From the NCBI GenBank assembly GCA_002472405.1, contig DKRV01000032.1, positions 3,983 through 67,982 of the forward strand: a stretch of 64,000 nucleotides of DNA, written 5' to 3'. This stretch comes from Clostridiales bacterium UBA7273 (GTDB lineage Bacteria > Bacillota > Clostridia > Oscillospirales > Oscillospiraceae). Position 1 is the stretch's first letter; the number at the start of each line of letters is the position of its first letter. This document shows positions 10,985 to 19,761 of the stretch, in pieces. Made by a program: the position numbers and the translations under genes. A model generated the notes under the pieces. It was given only the letters and a program-made list of their open reading frames with translations, was not told the origin of the DNA and ran no database searches.

Positions 10985-12205
10985 TTACTTGAGAATAATT
11001 TTGTTGAAGTTTTTCTTGCCGCGCTTGAGAACTACGCCGGCTTTGAGCTCGTCTGTCGTGAAACTGCGGCCGATATCGCTTACCTTCTCGTCATTTGCGG
11101 AAATGCCGCCCTGCTGGATATTGCGGCGAGCTTCAGATTTTGAAGAGCAAAGACCCGTGAGAACGAGTGCACTCATAACATCAATAGCGCCGTCTGCAAG
11201 ATCTGTTTCCGAAAGCTCGGTCGTCGGCATTTCGCCGGACGCACCGCAGCCGAACAGAGCCTTTGCCGAAGCCTCGGCCTTCTTTGCCTCTTCTTCGCCG
11301 TGAACAAGTGAGGTAAGCTCGAATGCAAGAATTTCTTTTGCTTTGTTAAGCTGAGAGCCTTCCCAGCTGTCCATCTCGTTGATCTGCTCGAGCGGCAGAA
11401 AGGTCAGCATACGCAGGCATTTGAGAACGTCGGCATCGTCAACATTGCGCCAGTACTGATAGAAATCGTAGGGCGAGGTCTTGTTGGGATCAAGCCATAC
11501 GGCGCCGGCCGCGGTTTTGCCCATCTTTTTACCCTCGGAGTTGAGCAGTAGCGTGATGGTCATTGCGTGAGCATCCTTGCCGAGCTTGCGGCGGATAAGC
11601 TCGGTGCCGCCGAGCATGTTCGACCACTGGTCGTTGCCTCCAAACTGCATGTTGCAGCCGTAGTGCTGGAACATGTAGTAGAAGTCGTAGCTCTGCATGA
11701 TCATGTAGTTAAACTCAAGGAAGCTCAGACCCTTCTCCATGCGCTGCTTGTAGCACTCGGCGCGCAGCATGTTGTTTACAGAGAAGCATGCGCCGACCTC
11801 GCGCAGAAGCTCAATGTAGTTGAGCGGCTTGAGCCACTCTGAGTTGCGAAGCATGATAGCCTTGCCTTCGGAGAAGTCGATGAACTTTTCCATCTGTTTT
11901 TTAAAGCATTCGGCATTGTGCGCTATCGTCTCCTCGGTGAGCATCTGGCGCATATCGGTTCTGCCGGAGGGGTCGCCGATGAGCGTGGTGCCGTCGCCGA
12001 TGAGGGCGATGGGGCGGTTTCCGGCCATCTGCAGACGCTTCATAAGGCACAGCGCCATGAAGTGACCGACATGCAGAGAGTCGGCGGTGCAGTCAAAGCC
12101 GATGTAAAACGTGGCTTTGCCGTTATTGATCATTTCTTTTATCTGATCTTCATTGGTTACCTGCGCGATAAGGCCTCTTTCGACCAATTCTTCGTAAATA
12201 CCCAT
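10985..12205 (-). CDS. tyrS: tyrosine--tRNA ligase
   Basis: ORF 10985..12271 trimmed to Met23 (MGIYEELVERGLIAQVT), whose ATG overlaps the upstream TAA (TAATG). It has a HIGH motif (LHVGH), KMSKS (KKMGKT) and a C-terminal S4 domain. Confidence 0.95.
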   Translation of the reverse strand: MGIYEELVERGLIAQVTNEDQIKEMINNGKATFYIGFDCTADSLHVGHFMALCLMKRLQMAGNRPIALIGDGTTLIGDPSGRTDMRQMLTEETIAHNAECFKKQMEKFIDFSEGKAIMLRNSEWLKPLNYIELLREVGACFSVNNMLRAECYKQRMEKGLSFLEFNYMIMQSYDFYYMFQHYGCNMQFGGNDQWSNMLGGTELIRRKLGKDAHAMTITLLLNSEGKKMGKTAAGAVWLDPNKTSPYDFYQYWRNVDDADVLKCLRMLTFLPLEQINEMDSWEGSQLNKAKEILAFELTSLVHGEEEAKKAEASAKALFGCGASGEMPTTELSETDLADGAIDVMSALVLTGLCSSKSEARRNIQQGGISANDEKVSDIGRSFTTDELKAGVVLKRGKKNFNKIILK

Positions 12206-12597
12206 TAGTTTTTCTCCTTTTTCATTATATCTTCGGCCGTTTTGGCCATAAATGCGATTATTTCGCTGCAATCGATATTGCCCTTAAGATCTGCGCAGCG
12301 CACATAGCCGTACTTTTCGCGCGCAATGGCAACACACTGCTTTGCGATAGAGGCAATCTTATCCTTTGCCTCGGTATCCTGGCCGTCGTTAAACGGAAAA
12401 ACGAGTCCTTCGGCCATTATGGCGCCTGTAACCGCTCCGCAAAGCTCGCCGCTTCTCGCGCCGCCGCCAAAGCCAGCTGAAAGTGCAAGCGCGGTTTTCT
12501 CGTCCAAGCCGGTATATTCGCAGCACGCGGCAAAAACCGACTGTGCGCAATTATAACCGTTTTTGTGGTAATCCAATGCTCTTTGTCCAATATCCAT
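12205..12597 (-). CDS. C_GCAxxG_C_C family (putative redox-active) protein
   Basis: 130 aa with GYNCAQSVFAACCEY, CGAVTGA (the C-G-A-x-x-G motif) and a C-terminal RCADLKGNIDC. GGAGG lies 6 nt upstream of the ATG. Confidence 0.75.
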   Translation of the reverse strand: MDIGQRALDYHKNGYNCAQSVFAACCEYTGLDEKTALALSAGFGGGARSGELCGAVTGAIMAEGLVFPFNDGQDTEAKDKIASIAKQCVAIAREKYGYVRCADLKGNIDCSEIIAFMAKTAEDIMKKEKN

Positions 12598-12866
12598 AGC
12601 TGCCTCCTGTAAAAAAAGCCCCCTGTCCTAAGACAGAGGGCGTTGTAAACGCGGTACCACCTCTATATGCCTCATTCTTGCGAATAAAGCCTCGGTGAGT
12701 GCATGACTCAAGCGCTGTATCGGGCGCACCCGTCATCGCCTACTTAAGCATTTCAGCGAGCCGCTCCAAGCCGTATTCATTCATCCTCGCTCTCCCCTTT
12801 TCAGCATACAGGGTCTCTCTGTGCAGCAAAAAATGAATTACTTCTGCTTTTCATCGCGTTTTCGTG
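12598..12866 (-). promoter_or_regulatory. T-box riboswitch leader, tyrosine (UAC) specifier
   Basis: The minus strand shows these elements in order:
- a stem I base GCGAUGAAAAG..AGUA
- an AGAGAG box
- GAA-UAC-G in the specifier position (about 12773-12775)
- the T-box sequence AGAGGUGGUACCGCG (about 12650-12664)
- a terminator CGCCCUCUGUC-uuag-GACAGGGGGC plus U7 (about 12611-12642). Confidence 0.85.
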
Positions 12867-12870
12867 TGAG

Positions 12871-12899
12871 ATTATACTAAACTAATCGTTTCTTGTCAA
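12871..12899 (-). promoter_or_regulatory. sigma-A promoter of the T-box leader
   Basis: The minus strand is a perfect consensus TTGACA-17 nt-TATAAT. The -35 lies within the last codons of recN. Confidence 0.7.
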
Positions 12900-14567
12900 C
12901 TTATATTTATCCGCCGCCGCAAGCTGCTCCTCGGCTCCGGCGAGGGTCGTTTCCGTGATAACGTCGCCGCCGTAGAGCCTTGCAAGCTCCATGCGTCTGC
13001 CCTGACGGTCAAGCTTTTTTACGACAGTGAAGGTTTTTCCGTCCTTTTCGGCCTTTTCAATCTTATCGTGACTGTCAGCCAAAGCTGCGATCTGCGGCAG
13101 ATGAGTTATGCACAAAACCTGCTTGCCGCGCGAAAGATCGCTCATTTTTTCGCCTACGCGCTGAGCGGCAACACCGGAAACACCGGTGTCAATTTCGTCA
13201 AACACCATTGTTTCAATCGGGTCGTTATCGGAAAATGCGGTTTTCATTGCAAGCATTATTCGGCTAAGCTCGCCGCCGGATGCGATCTTCGATATTCTGC
13301 CAAGCTCCATGCCGGCGTTTGCGGAGATAAGAAAGCGCACATCGTCGGCTCCCGTTTTGTCAAAGCCGAGGGCCGATTCCATTGGCTCAACGGATACCTT
13401 GAACCTCACAGACGGCATACTGAGATCGCGAAGCTCGCTGCAAATGCGTGCTTCAAGCTTTTCTGCGGCCTTTTTTCGGCACGCCGTAAGCAAAGACGCC
13501 TTTTTGACGCAGTTATCCTTATGCTCTGAAAGCTTTTTTTCGAGTTTTTTGAGCATATCGTCGGAATATTCAAGCATGGCAAGCTCTTTCCTGCTGTCAT
13601 CAAGAATTTTGAGCATACCCTCTTCGTCGGCGTTATATTTTCTGCCAAGGCGCTTGAGCTGAGCGGTGCGCGTTTCAATTCGATCATACTCATCGGGCGA
13701 AAATTCAAGACCGTCGCGAAAATCGCGTATACGCTCGGCCGCATCATAAATCAAAGATGACGCATTGCCGATGATCTCGGCCGTTTCGCGCAGCTCATCG
13801 GATATAAGAGCGGCTTTGCTTATGAGCGCCGACGCTTCATCAACGAGCGCACCGGCGTTTTCATCGCATGCGTACAATGCACTGTATGCTCCGTCGAGCG
13901 CTTCCGTAAGCTTTTCGGAATTTCTCAGCAGATCGCGTCGGGCAATGAGCTCATCCTCCTCGCCTACTTTAAGCTGAGCATTTTCAAGTTCTTCTATGCG
14001 ATAGCGCAGATTGTCTGCCAGGCGCTCTTTTTCCACTTCGTCCATGGACAGCTTGTCCATCTCGCGCTTGCAGGCCGTATATTCTCTGTAAGCCTCGACA
14101 AATGCAGCAAGCTCGTCCGATGTCTTGCCGAATCCGTCAAGGTAAGCAAGATGCGAATCTTCGTCCATAAGCTGCCGGCCGTCATTCTGCCCGTGAATAT
14201 CCAAAAGAAGTGAGCCGAGCTGCCTCAGCTGCGAAACGGTAACCGGGTTTCCGCATACTCGGCAGTTGTTTTTGCCGTCTGCGGAGATCTTGCGGCGTAT
14301 GATGACCTCGTCCTCCGGCTCAAAATCATTATCCTCAAACCATTTTGCGGCGGCATCGGTTTCAAAAACTGCCGACACAACGCCGTATTCGGCCCCGGTG
14401 CGCACAAGCTCGCGGCTTGTACGAGCGCCGAGCACAGCGCCGAGAGAGTCAACGATTATCGACTTACCTGCACCTGTTTCGCCGGTCAGAACGGTCAATC
14501 CCTTTCCAAACTCAATATCCGCTTTTTCAATTACAGCAATATTTTCAATATGCAGCTGTGTAAGCAT
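12882..14567 (-). CDS. recN: DNA repair protein RecN
   Basis: 561 aa with the SMC-like Walker A GETGAGKS, a long coiled-coil middle, and a C-terminal signature and Walker B (ASGGELSRIMLA, VFDEIDTG). Confidence 0.95.
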   Translation of the reverse strand: MLTQLHIENIAVIEKADIEFGKGLTVLTGETGAGKSIIVDSLGAVLGARTSRELVRTGAEYGVVSAVFETDAAAKWFEDNDFEPEDEVIIRRKISADGKNNCRVCGNPVTVSQLRQLGSLLLDIHGQNDGRQLMDEDSHLAYLDGFGKTSDELAAFVEAYREYTACKREMDKLSMDEVEKERLADNLRYRIEELENAQLKVGEEDELIARRDLLRNSEKLTEALDGAYSALYACDENAGALVDEASALISKAALISDELRETAEIIGNASSLIYDAAERIRDFRDGLEFSPDEYDRIETRTAQLKRLGRKYNADEEGMLKILDDSRKELAMLEYSDDMLKKLEKKLSEHKDNCVKKASLLTACRKKAAEKLEARICSELRDLSMPSVRFKVSVEPMESALGFDKTGADDVRFLISANAGMELGRISKIASGGELSRIMLAMKTAFSDNDPIETMVFDEIDTGVSGVAAQRVGEKMSDLSRGKQVLCITHLPQIAALADSHDKIEKAEKDGKTFTVVKKLDRQGRRMELARLYGGDVITETTLAGAEEQLAAADKYKLTRND

Positions 14568-14580
14568 AGGAAACCTCTTA

Positions 14581-15030
14581 TCAGAACATTTCTTCTATAT
14601 CGTGGCAGAAATCCTCTGCCGCTTTGTTATCCTTCATTGCCAAAAATGCGGTATCGTCGCCGGCAAGCGTTCCGGCAAGCGTTTCAATGTGCATCGAGTC
14701 AAGCGTCGAGCATGCGGCCGACGCAAGGCCTGGAAGCGTTTTTATGACGATGATATTCTGCGCGACGGTGTACGATGTGACACTCTCTCTGAATATTTTG
14801 CGAAGGCGCTGCTCGCGATCGTTATTACGTGATTTACCGCTGACAACATAGTGGTATTTGCCGCTGTTGCTAAGCTCTTTTACAAGATGAAGCTGCTTTA
14901 TATCTCTTGAAAGCGTTGCCTGAGTGCTGGGGATACCGTGCTCGGCAAGCGCTTTTATAAGCTGGGCCTGTGTCTCGATCTCCTGATCGGAGATTATCTG
15001 GAGAATAACGCTTTGTCTTGAATCTTTCAA
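14581..15030 (-). CDS. argR: arginine repressor ArgR/AhrC
   Basis: 149 aa with a winged-helix N-terminal domain (QATLSRDIKQLHLVK) and a C-terminal arginine-binding domain (GTLAGDDT). Confidence 0.9.
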   Translation of the reverse strand: MKDSRQSVILQIISDQEIETQAQLIKALAEHGIPSTQATLSRDIKQLHLVKELSNSGKYHYVVSGKSRNNDREQRLRKIFRESVTSYTVAQNIIVIKTLPGLASAACSTLDSMHIETLAGTLAGDDTAFLAMKDNKAAEDFCHDIEEMF

Positions 15031-15044
15031 CTAAGTTTCCCCTT

Positions 15045-15911
15045 TCAGTCAACTCTGTATTGCAGTTTTTCAAATGTTGAATCGTAAAAGCTGCGCTCGC
15101 CGAGATGGACGAGGTTTGCAAGCTTTGACGAGCGGCGAACGATGACAATATCCTCGTTTGCAAGCTCAAATCCGTCGGTTCCGTCCACGGATACATACGC
15201 GCGGCGATCGTGAAGCTTTTCGGCTTTAATTGTCACCTTGTGCTCGGATGACAGGACAAAGCTTCTTGAGCCGATATAGTGCGCGCATATAGGAGACACG
15301 ATAAAGTTATATGCCTCAGGCTCAACGATCGGGCCGCCTGCCGACATTGAGTAGCCTGTGGAGCCTGTCGGCGTTGCGATGATAATACCGTCGCCGGAGT
15401 AGCTCATTATCCTTTCGCCGTCGCACCAGGCAGTGAGCTTTATGCAGTCACCCATGCCGTGAATAACGGCGTCATTGAGTCCGATATCGGTGTAAATTAC
15501 CTCGCCGTTTCGGATAAGCTCAACGTCTATCATCATTCTAAAGCTCGAGGAGTAGTTTCCGGCGGCGGCATCAAGTATCTGACCGATATCTTCCGGCTCA
15601 ATCGATGCCATGAACCCCTTGGTTCCGAGGTTTACTCCAAGCATGGGAATCTGAGTGTGGTTAAGATACCTTGCAGTGTGCAGAATGGTGCCATCTCCGC
15701 CGATGACGATATACAAGGCTGCGCGCTCTGTAACAGTGCTCCACGCTGTAAGCTCAACATCGTTGGGAATGACCTCGGCGTCATGTGCACCGAAGACCGG
15801 GCAAACGGCCGCTTCATAACCGCCGCTATGCAAAATATCTACCGCTTTCTTTGTAAGCTCAAGGCCGCAATCCCTGTATGGATTCGGGCACAACACTATC
15901 AGTTCGGACAT
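15045..15911 (-). CDS. nadK: NAD kinase
   Basis: ORF 15045..15959 trimmed to Met17 (MSELIVLCPNP), which has GAGG 6 nt upstream. It carries the GGDGT motif (VIGGDGTILH) and NAD kinase C-terminal motifs. Confidence 0.9.
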   Translation of the reverse strand: MSELIVLCPNPYRDCGLELTKKAVDILHSGGYEAAVCPVFGAHDAEVIPNDVELTAWSTVTERAALYIVIGGDGTILHTARYLNHTQIPMLGVNLGTKGFMASIEPEDIGQILDAAAGNYSSSFRMMIDVELIRNGEVIYTDIGLNDAVIHGMGDCIKLTAWCDGERIMSYSGDGIIIATPTGSTGYSMSAGGPIVEPEAYNFIVSPICAHYIGSRSFVLSSEHKVTIKAEKLHDRRAYVSVDGTDGFELANEDIVIVRRSSKLANLVHLGERSFYDSTFEKLQYRVD

Positions 15912-15918
15912 TTTTACC

Positions 15919-16716
15919 TCACAGTTTTTCGTGCGAGGCTTCAACGATAGCCTGCGCATCTATAATTGGGGCATCAAAGCTGCCCTTTTTCATGTAGCAT
16001 AGATACTCAATGTTTCCCTCGGGCCCCTTTATCGGCGAAAAATCCAGCCCCATAACTGTCATCCCGACGCTCGGCGCAAAATCGAGAATGCTCTCGATAA
16101 CCGAAAGGTGGACGCCTTTGTCCCTGACAACGCCTTTTTTCCCGACCTCTTCCCTGCCGGCCTCAAACTGCGGCTTGATAAGGCACACAAGCTCTCCGCC
16201 GTCCTTGAGCAGCGAGCACACAGCCGGAAGAACAAGCTTAATAGATATGAACGACAGATCCATAACGGCCATGTCGATAGGCTCGGGTATCTGATCAGAG
16301 CTAATGTACCTTATATTGGTGCGCTCCATGTTTATAACACGCACGTCCTGCCTGAGACTCCACGCAAGCTGACCGTATCCCACATCGACCGAATACACTT
16401 TTTTTGCCCCGTTTTGCAGGAGAACATCGGTAAATCCTCCTGTCGAGGCGCCGCAGTCGATGCAGACCTTGTCAGCTGGATCTGCCGGAAAAACCTTGAG
16501 TGCCTTTTCAAGCTTAAAGCCTCCGCGGCTGACATACGGAAGTGCTGCGCCCTTGACCTCAACGTTTGCATCGGGAGGCACTTGCATGCCCGGCTTATCA
16601 GCACGCTGCCCGTTAACAAAAACAAGGCCGCTCATTATAGTCGTTTTTGCTCGCTCCCGGCTCTCTGTCAGTCCGAGGTCAAAAACGAGCTGATCGAGTC
16701 TAATTTTTTTCATCAT
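15919..16716 (-). CDS. tlyA: TlyA-family rRNA 2'-O-methyltransferase (hemolysin A-like)
   Basis: 265 aa with an N-terminal S4 domain and the FtsJ-type SAM motif DCGASTGGFTD. Confidence 0.85.
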   Translation of the reverse strand: MMKKIRLDQLVFDLGLTESRERAKTTIMSGLVFVNGQRADKPGMQVPPDANVEVKGAALPYVSRGGFKLEKALKVFPADPADKVCIDCGASTGGFTDVLLQNGAKKVYSVDVGYGQLAWSLRQDVRVINMERTNIRYISSDQIPEPIDMAVMDLSFISIKLVLPAVCSLLKDGGELVCLIKPQFEAGREEVGKKGVVRDKGVHLSVIESILDFAPSVGMTVMGLDFSPIKGPEGNIEYLCYMKKGSFDAPIIDAQAIVEASHEKL

Positions 16717-18554
16717 TCACCCCTGACCAGCTTTTCGGCTGCTTTGGCAAGGCTAATTTCATCAAGGCCGCAATGCCTAATAAGCTCGGGTACAGTGCCC
16801 TGAACGACAATGCCGCTACCGAGATTGGGAGTATATGCGCAGTCTATCTTAACACCTGCGCGCTCGGCGCAGGCGAGTATCTCATCGGCGATGCATCCGG
16901 TTTGGCAAACCTGCTCGCTCATAAGAAAGCGCCCGGTTTTTCGCATAGAGTCAATAACATCGGCATAATAGCCGCTGTCAAGGCGCGAAAGCTTATACAC
17001 ATCGGCATAAATGCCCTTATCGGCAAGTATGTCCGCCGTATTGAGCGCAATGTTTATATCTGTGCCGTATGCGGCGATAGTTATGTCGTTTCCGCTGAGG
17101 AGATGAGTGCATCCTTCTGTATGGCAACCTGTGTATCGGCCTTCTCCGCCGCGCGGATATCTGATTGCGACAGGTCCGGACATGCGGTTTACGGCCTTAT
17201 CAAGCATGGCTTCAAGCTCGGCAAAGTTTGCCGGACACAGCACCTGCATGTGCGGAACCGAACGCAGATAACTGATATCAAAAGCGCCGTGGTGAGTTTC
17301 GCCGTCGTTTCCGACAAGGCCTGCTCTGTCAACGCAGAAAACGACATGCAGGTCCTGAAGCGAAACATCGTGGATGAGCATATCATATGCGCGCTGGAGA
17401 AATCCCGAGTATATTGCGACGACGGGCACAAGCCCCTGCTTTGCCATACCGGCAGCCATTGAAACGGCATGCTCCTCGGCAATACCGACATCAAAAAATC
17501 TATCCGGAAAGCGCTCGGAGAACTCTGTAAGTCCTGTCCCGGCGCACATTGCGGCGGTTATGGCTACGATATTATGGTTTATCTCGGCAAGCTGAGTAAG
17601 CTTATTGCCAAAAACAGACGAAAAGCACGGCTTTGCTTCCGGCATTTGCCCCGTAGCAGGGTCAAATTTCCCGACACCGTGATACTGATCCGGGTGCTCC
17701 TCGGCGTATGCGCAGCCCTTTCCCTTTTTGCTTATTACATGCACGAGTACAGGCGTGTTCATTTCCTTTGCCCAGCGGATGACCGTTTCAAGCTGGTCAA
17801 CGTCATGCCCGTCAACGGGGCCGAGATAATATATGCCCATCGAGTCGAACATATTTGACGGCAATATCGACTTTTTGAGAGCTTCTTTGAGCTTATGGCT
17901 TGCGTTATAAATGCCGTCCATGCCGCTGACAGCCTGCCTGTACCACCGCTTGAAGTTGATATACCCGGGCTTTACGCGTTCTTTTGACAGCAGCTTTGCC
18001 ATACCGCCGACGTTGCCGTTGATGCTCATACCGTTATCGTTAAGAATTATTACGATCGGCTCGCTGCTTCCGCCGACATTGGCAAGCCCCTCATAGGCAA
18101 GGCCGCCTGTCAACGCTCCGTCGCCAATAACGGCGCAAACGCTGTAGTTTTCGCCCTTTATGGTTCTGGCGCGAGCCATGCCGAGAGCGACCGACACCGA
18201 GTTTGAAGCGTGTCCAGCGATGAAAGCGTCGTCATCGGCTTCGTAGGGCTTGGGAAACCCGGATAAGCCGCCATAGCAGCGCAGAGTGCTGAATGCGTCG
18301 CGGCGGCCTGTTATTATTTTATGAGCATAGCTCTGATGGCCGACATCGAACACGATTCTGTCCACTGCACTGTCATAAACTCTGTGCAGCGCAACGGTAA
18401 GCTCGACAGTGCCGAGATTTGATGCAAGGTGTCCTCCGGTTTTGGAAACGTTTTCAATAATAAACTCGCGAAGCTCGGCGCAGAGCTGGGGAAGCTCGTT
18501 TTTATTGAGGCGTTTTATATCGTTAGAGGAATTGACTTTATTCAGGATATTCAA
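16713..18554 (-). CDS. dxs: 1-deoxy-D-xylulose-5-phosphate synthase
   Basis: 613 aa with GHLASNLG, GHQSYAHK and the TPP motif GDGALTGG. It has the transketolase-like middle and C-terminal domains. Confidence 0.95.
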   Translation of the reverse strand: MNILNKVNSSNDIKRLNKNELPQLCAELREFIIENVSKTGGHLASNLGTVELTVALHRVYDSAVDRIVFDVGHQSYAHKIITGRRDAFSTLRCYGGLSGFPKPYEADDDAFIAGHASNSVSVALGMARARTIKGENYSVCAVIGDGALTGGLAYEGLANVGGSSEPIVIILNDNGMSINGNVGGMAKLLSKERVKPGYINFKRWYRQAVSGMDGIYNASHKLKEALKKSILPSNMFDSMGIYYLGPVDGHDVDQLETVIRWAKEMNTPVLVHVISKKGKGCAYAEEHPDQYHGVGKFDPATGQMPEAKPCFSSVFGNKLTQLAEINHNIVAITAAMCAGTGLTEFSERFPDRFFDVGIAEEHAVSMAAGMAKQGLVPVVAIYSGFLQRAYDMLIHDVSLQDLHVVFCVDRAGLVGNDGETHHGAFDISYLRSVPHMQVLCPANFAELEAMLDKAVNRMSGPVAIRYPRGGEGRYTGCHTEGCTHLLSGNDITIAAYGTDINIALNTADILADKGIYADVYKLSRLDSGYYADVIDSMRKTGRFLMSEQVCQTGCIADEILACAERAGVKIDCAYTPNLGSGIVVQGTVPELIRHCGLDEISLAKAAEKLVRGE

Positions 18555-18606
18555 AACAAAACCTCGTATTTAGCTAAATATTCGTAAAATATACTATTTT
18601 ACAGTA

Positions 18607-18648
18607 TAACAAACCGCGGCGAGGATTACAAGTGACATTCGCCGCGGT
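18607..18648 (-). terminator. rho-independent terminator after ispA
   Basis: The minus strand reads ACCGCGGCGA-16 nt loop-TCGCCGCGGT followed by TTGTT. It lies between the ispA stop and the dxs start. Confidence 0.65.
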
Positions 18649-18665
18649 TTTACAGATTATTCACT

Positions 18666-19544
18666 TCATTTTCTTCTCGTTACCATGGAATCGGCAAGGT
18701 CACAGAGAAATTTCGTGTCGTCAAACGCGCCGCAAAGCGCGCTTTTTGCCTGATTTGTCAGCTTTTCGATCATTTCCATGCATTTTGATTCGCCGAGAAG
18801 AGCCATGTATGTATTCTTATGCTCCTGCGCATCCGAGCCTATAGGCTTGCCAAGCTCCTCGCTTGTGCTGATAACGTCCAGAATATCGTCACGTATCTGG
18901 AATGCCGCGCCGACGCAAGCGCCGTAATGTGCGGCGGCTTCAAGCATCTCTCCGCTTCCTCCGGCGGCCGCAACGCCCATACGGCATGCGGCAATAAGCA
19001 GCGCTCCGGTTTTTCGCGAATTGATGTCGTCAAGCTCCTCTTCCGTAAGCCGCTTGCTCTCTCCGACCATATCGAGATACTGCCCGGCACACATCCCGTC
19101 GCTGCCTACGGCGTCGGCGAGGATCTCCACGCAGGCAATCTTGTTCTCTGCCGGAAGCTCACTGCGAGCTATCGTGCCGAAAGCCTCGGCCTGAAGAGCG
19201 TCGCCTGCCAGCGTTGCGGTACATTCACCGTAAACGACATGATTTGTCGGTTTGCCGCGGCGAAGATCATCATTATCCATGCACGGCAGATCATCGTGAA
19301 TGAGGCTGTAGGTATGCAGCATTTCTATTGCACAAGCGACCGGAAGGGCTTTTTCAACATCTCCGCCGGAGATACGGCAAAACTCAAGAACAAGCGTCGG
19401 GCGTATGCGCTTACCGCCTGCGGTAAGGCTGTAATGCATTGATTCAAGAAGCCCGTCATAGCTCATACCCGAGGGATTGAAAAACTCCGAAAGCTTTGAA
19501 TCAACAAGGTTTTTATATTCATTTGCCGTCATATCATTCACCAA
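18666..19544 (-). CDS. ispA: (2E,6E)-farnesyl diphosphate synthase / polyprenyl synthetase
   Basis: 292 aa with the first Asp-rich motif LIHDDLPCMDNDDLRRG and the second FQIRDDILD. The start is a non-ATG codon with GGAGGAG 7 nt upstream; an ATG at Met5 (19532) is the alternative. Confidence 0.85.
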   Translation of the reverse strand: MVNDMTANEYKNLVDSKLSEFFNPSGMSYDGLLESMHYSLTAGGKRIRPTLVLEFCRISGGDVEKALPVACAIEMLHTYSLIHDDLPCMDNDDLRRGKPTNHVVYGECTATLAGDALQAEAFGTIARSELPAENKIACVEILADAVGSDGMCAGQYLDMVGESKRLTEEELDDINSRKTGALLIAACRMGVAAAGGSGEMLEAAAHYGACVGAAFQIRDDILDVISTSEELGKPIGSDAQEHKNTYMALLGESKCMEMIEKLTNQAKSALCGAFDDTKFLCDLADSMVTRRK

Positions 19545-19761
19545 ACGGAAGCTCCTCCGGCTCCCCGTCCTGACCTTTCCTGAGCTTTACGACCTTCTGC
19601 TCGGCTTCATTTAGCAACGTGTCGCAATTGGATATGAGAGACGTACCCTCTTCAAAAAGCTTCAGCGATTCGCTCAGTGGCGCATCGCCGCGCTCTAGCA
19701 GCTTGACGATCTCGTCAAGACGCTTTACTGAATCCTCAAAGCTCATTTTATCTTTAGCCAT
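19534..19761 (-). CDS. xseB: exodeoxyribonuclease VII small subunit
   Basis: ORF 19534..19782 trimmed to Met8 (MAKDKMSFEDSVKRLDEIVKLLE), typical of the XseB N-terminus. It overlaps the xseA 3' end by 8 nt. Confidence 0.85.
   Translation of the reverse strand: MAKDKMSFEDSVKRLDEIVKLLERGDAPLSESLKLFEEGTSLISNCDTLLNEAEQKVVKLRKGQDGEPEELPFGE

Noticed and set aside
12551-12736. A 61-aa minus-strand ORF upstream of the C_GCAxxG_C_C gene.
   Set aside because: It lies inside the T-box leader, covering the T-box sequence and terminator. The RNA element explains the region.
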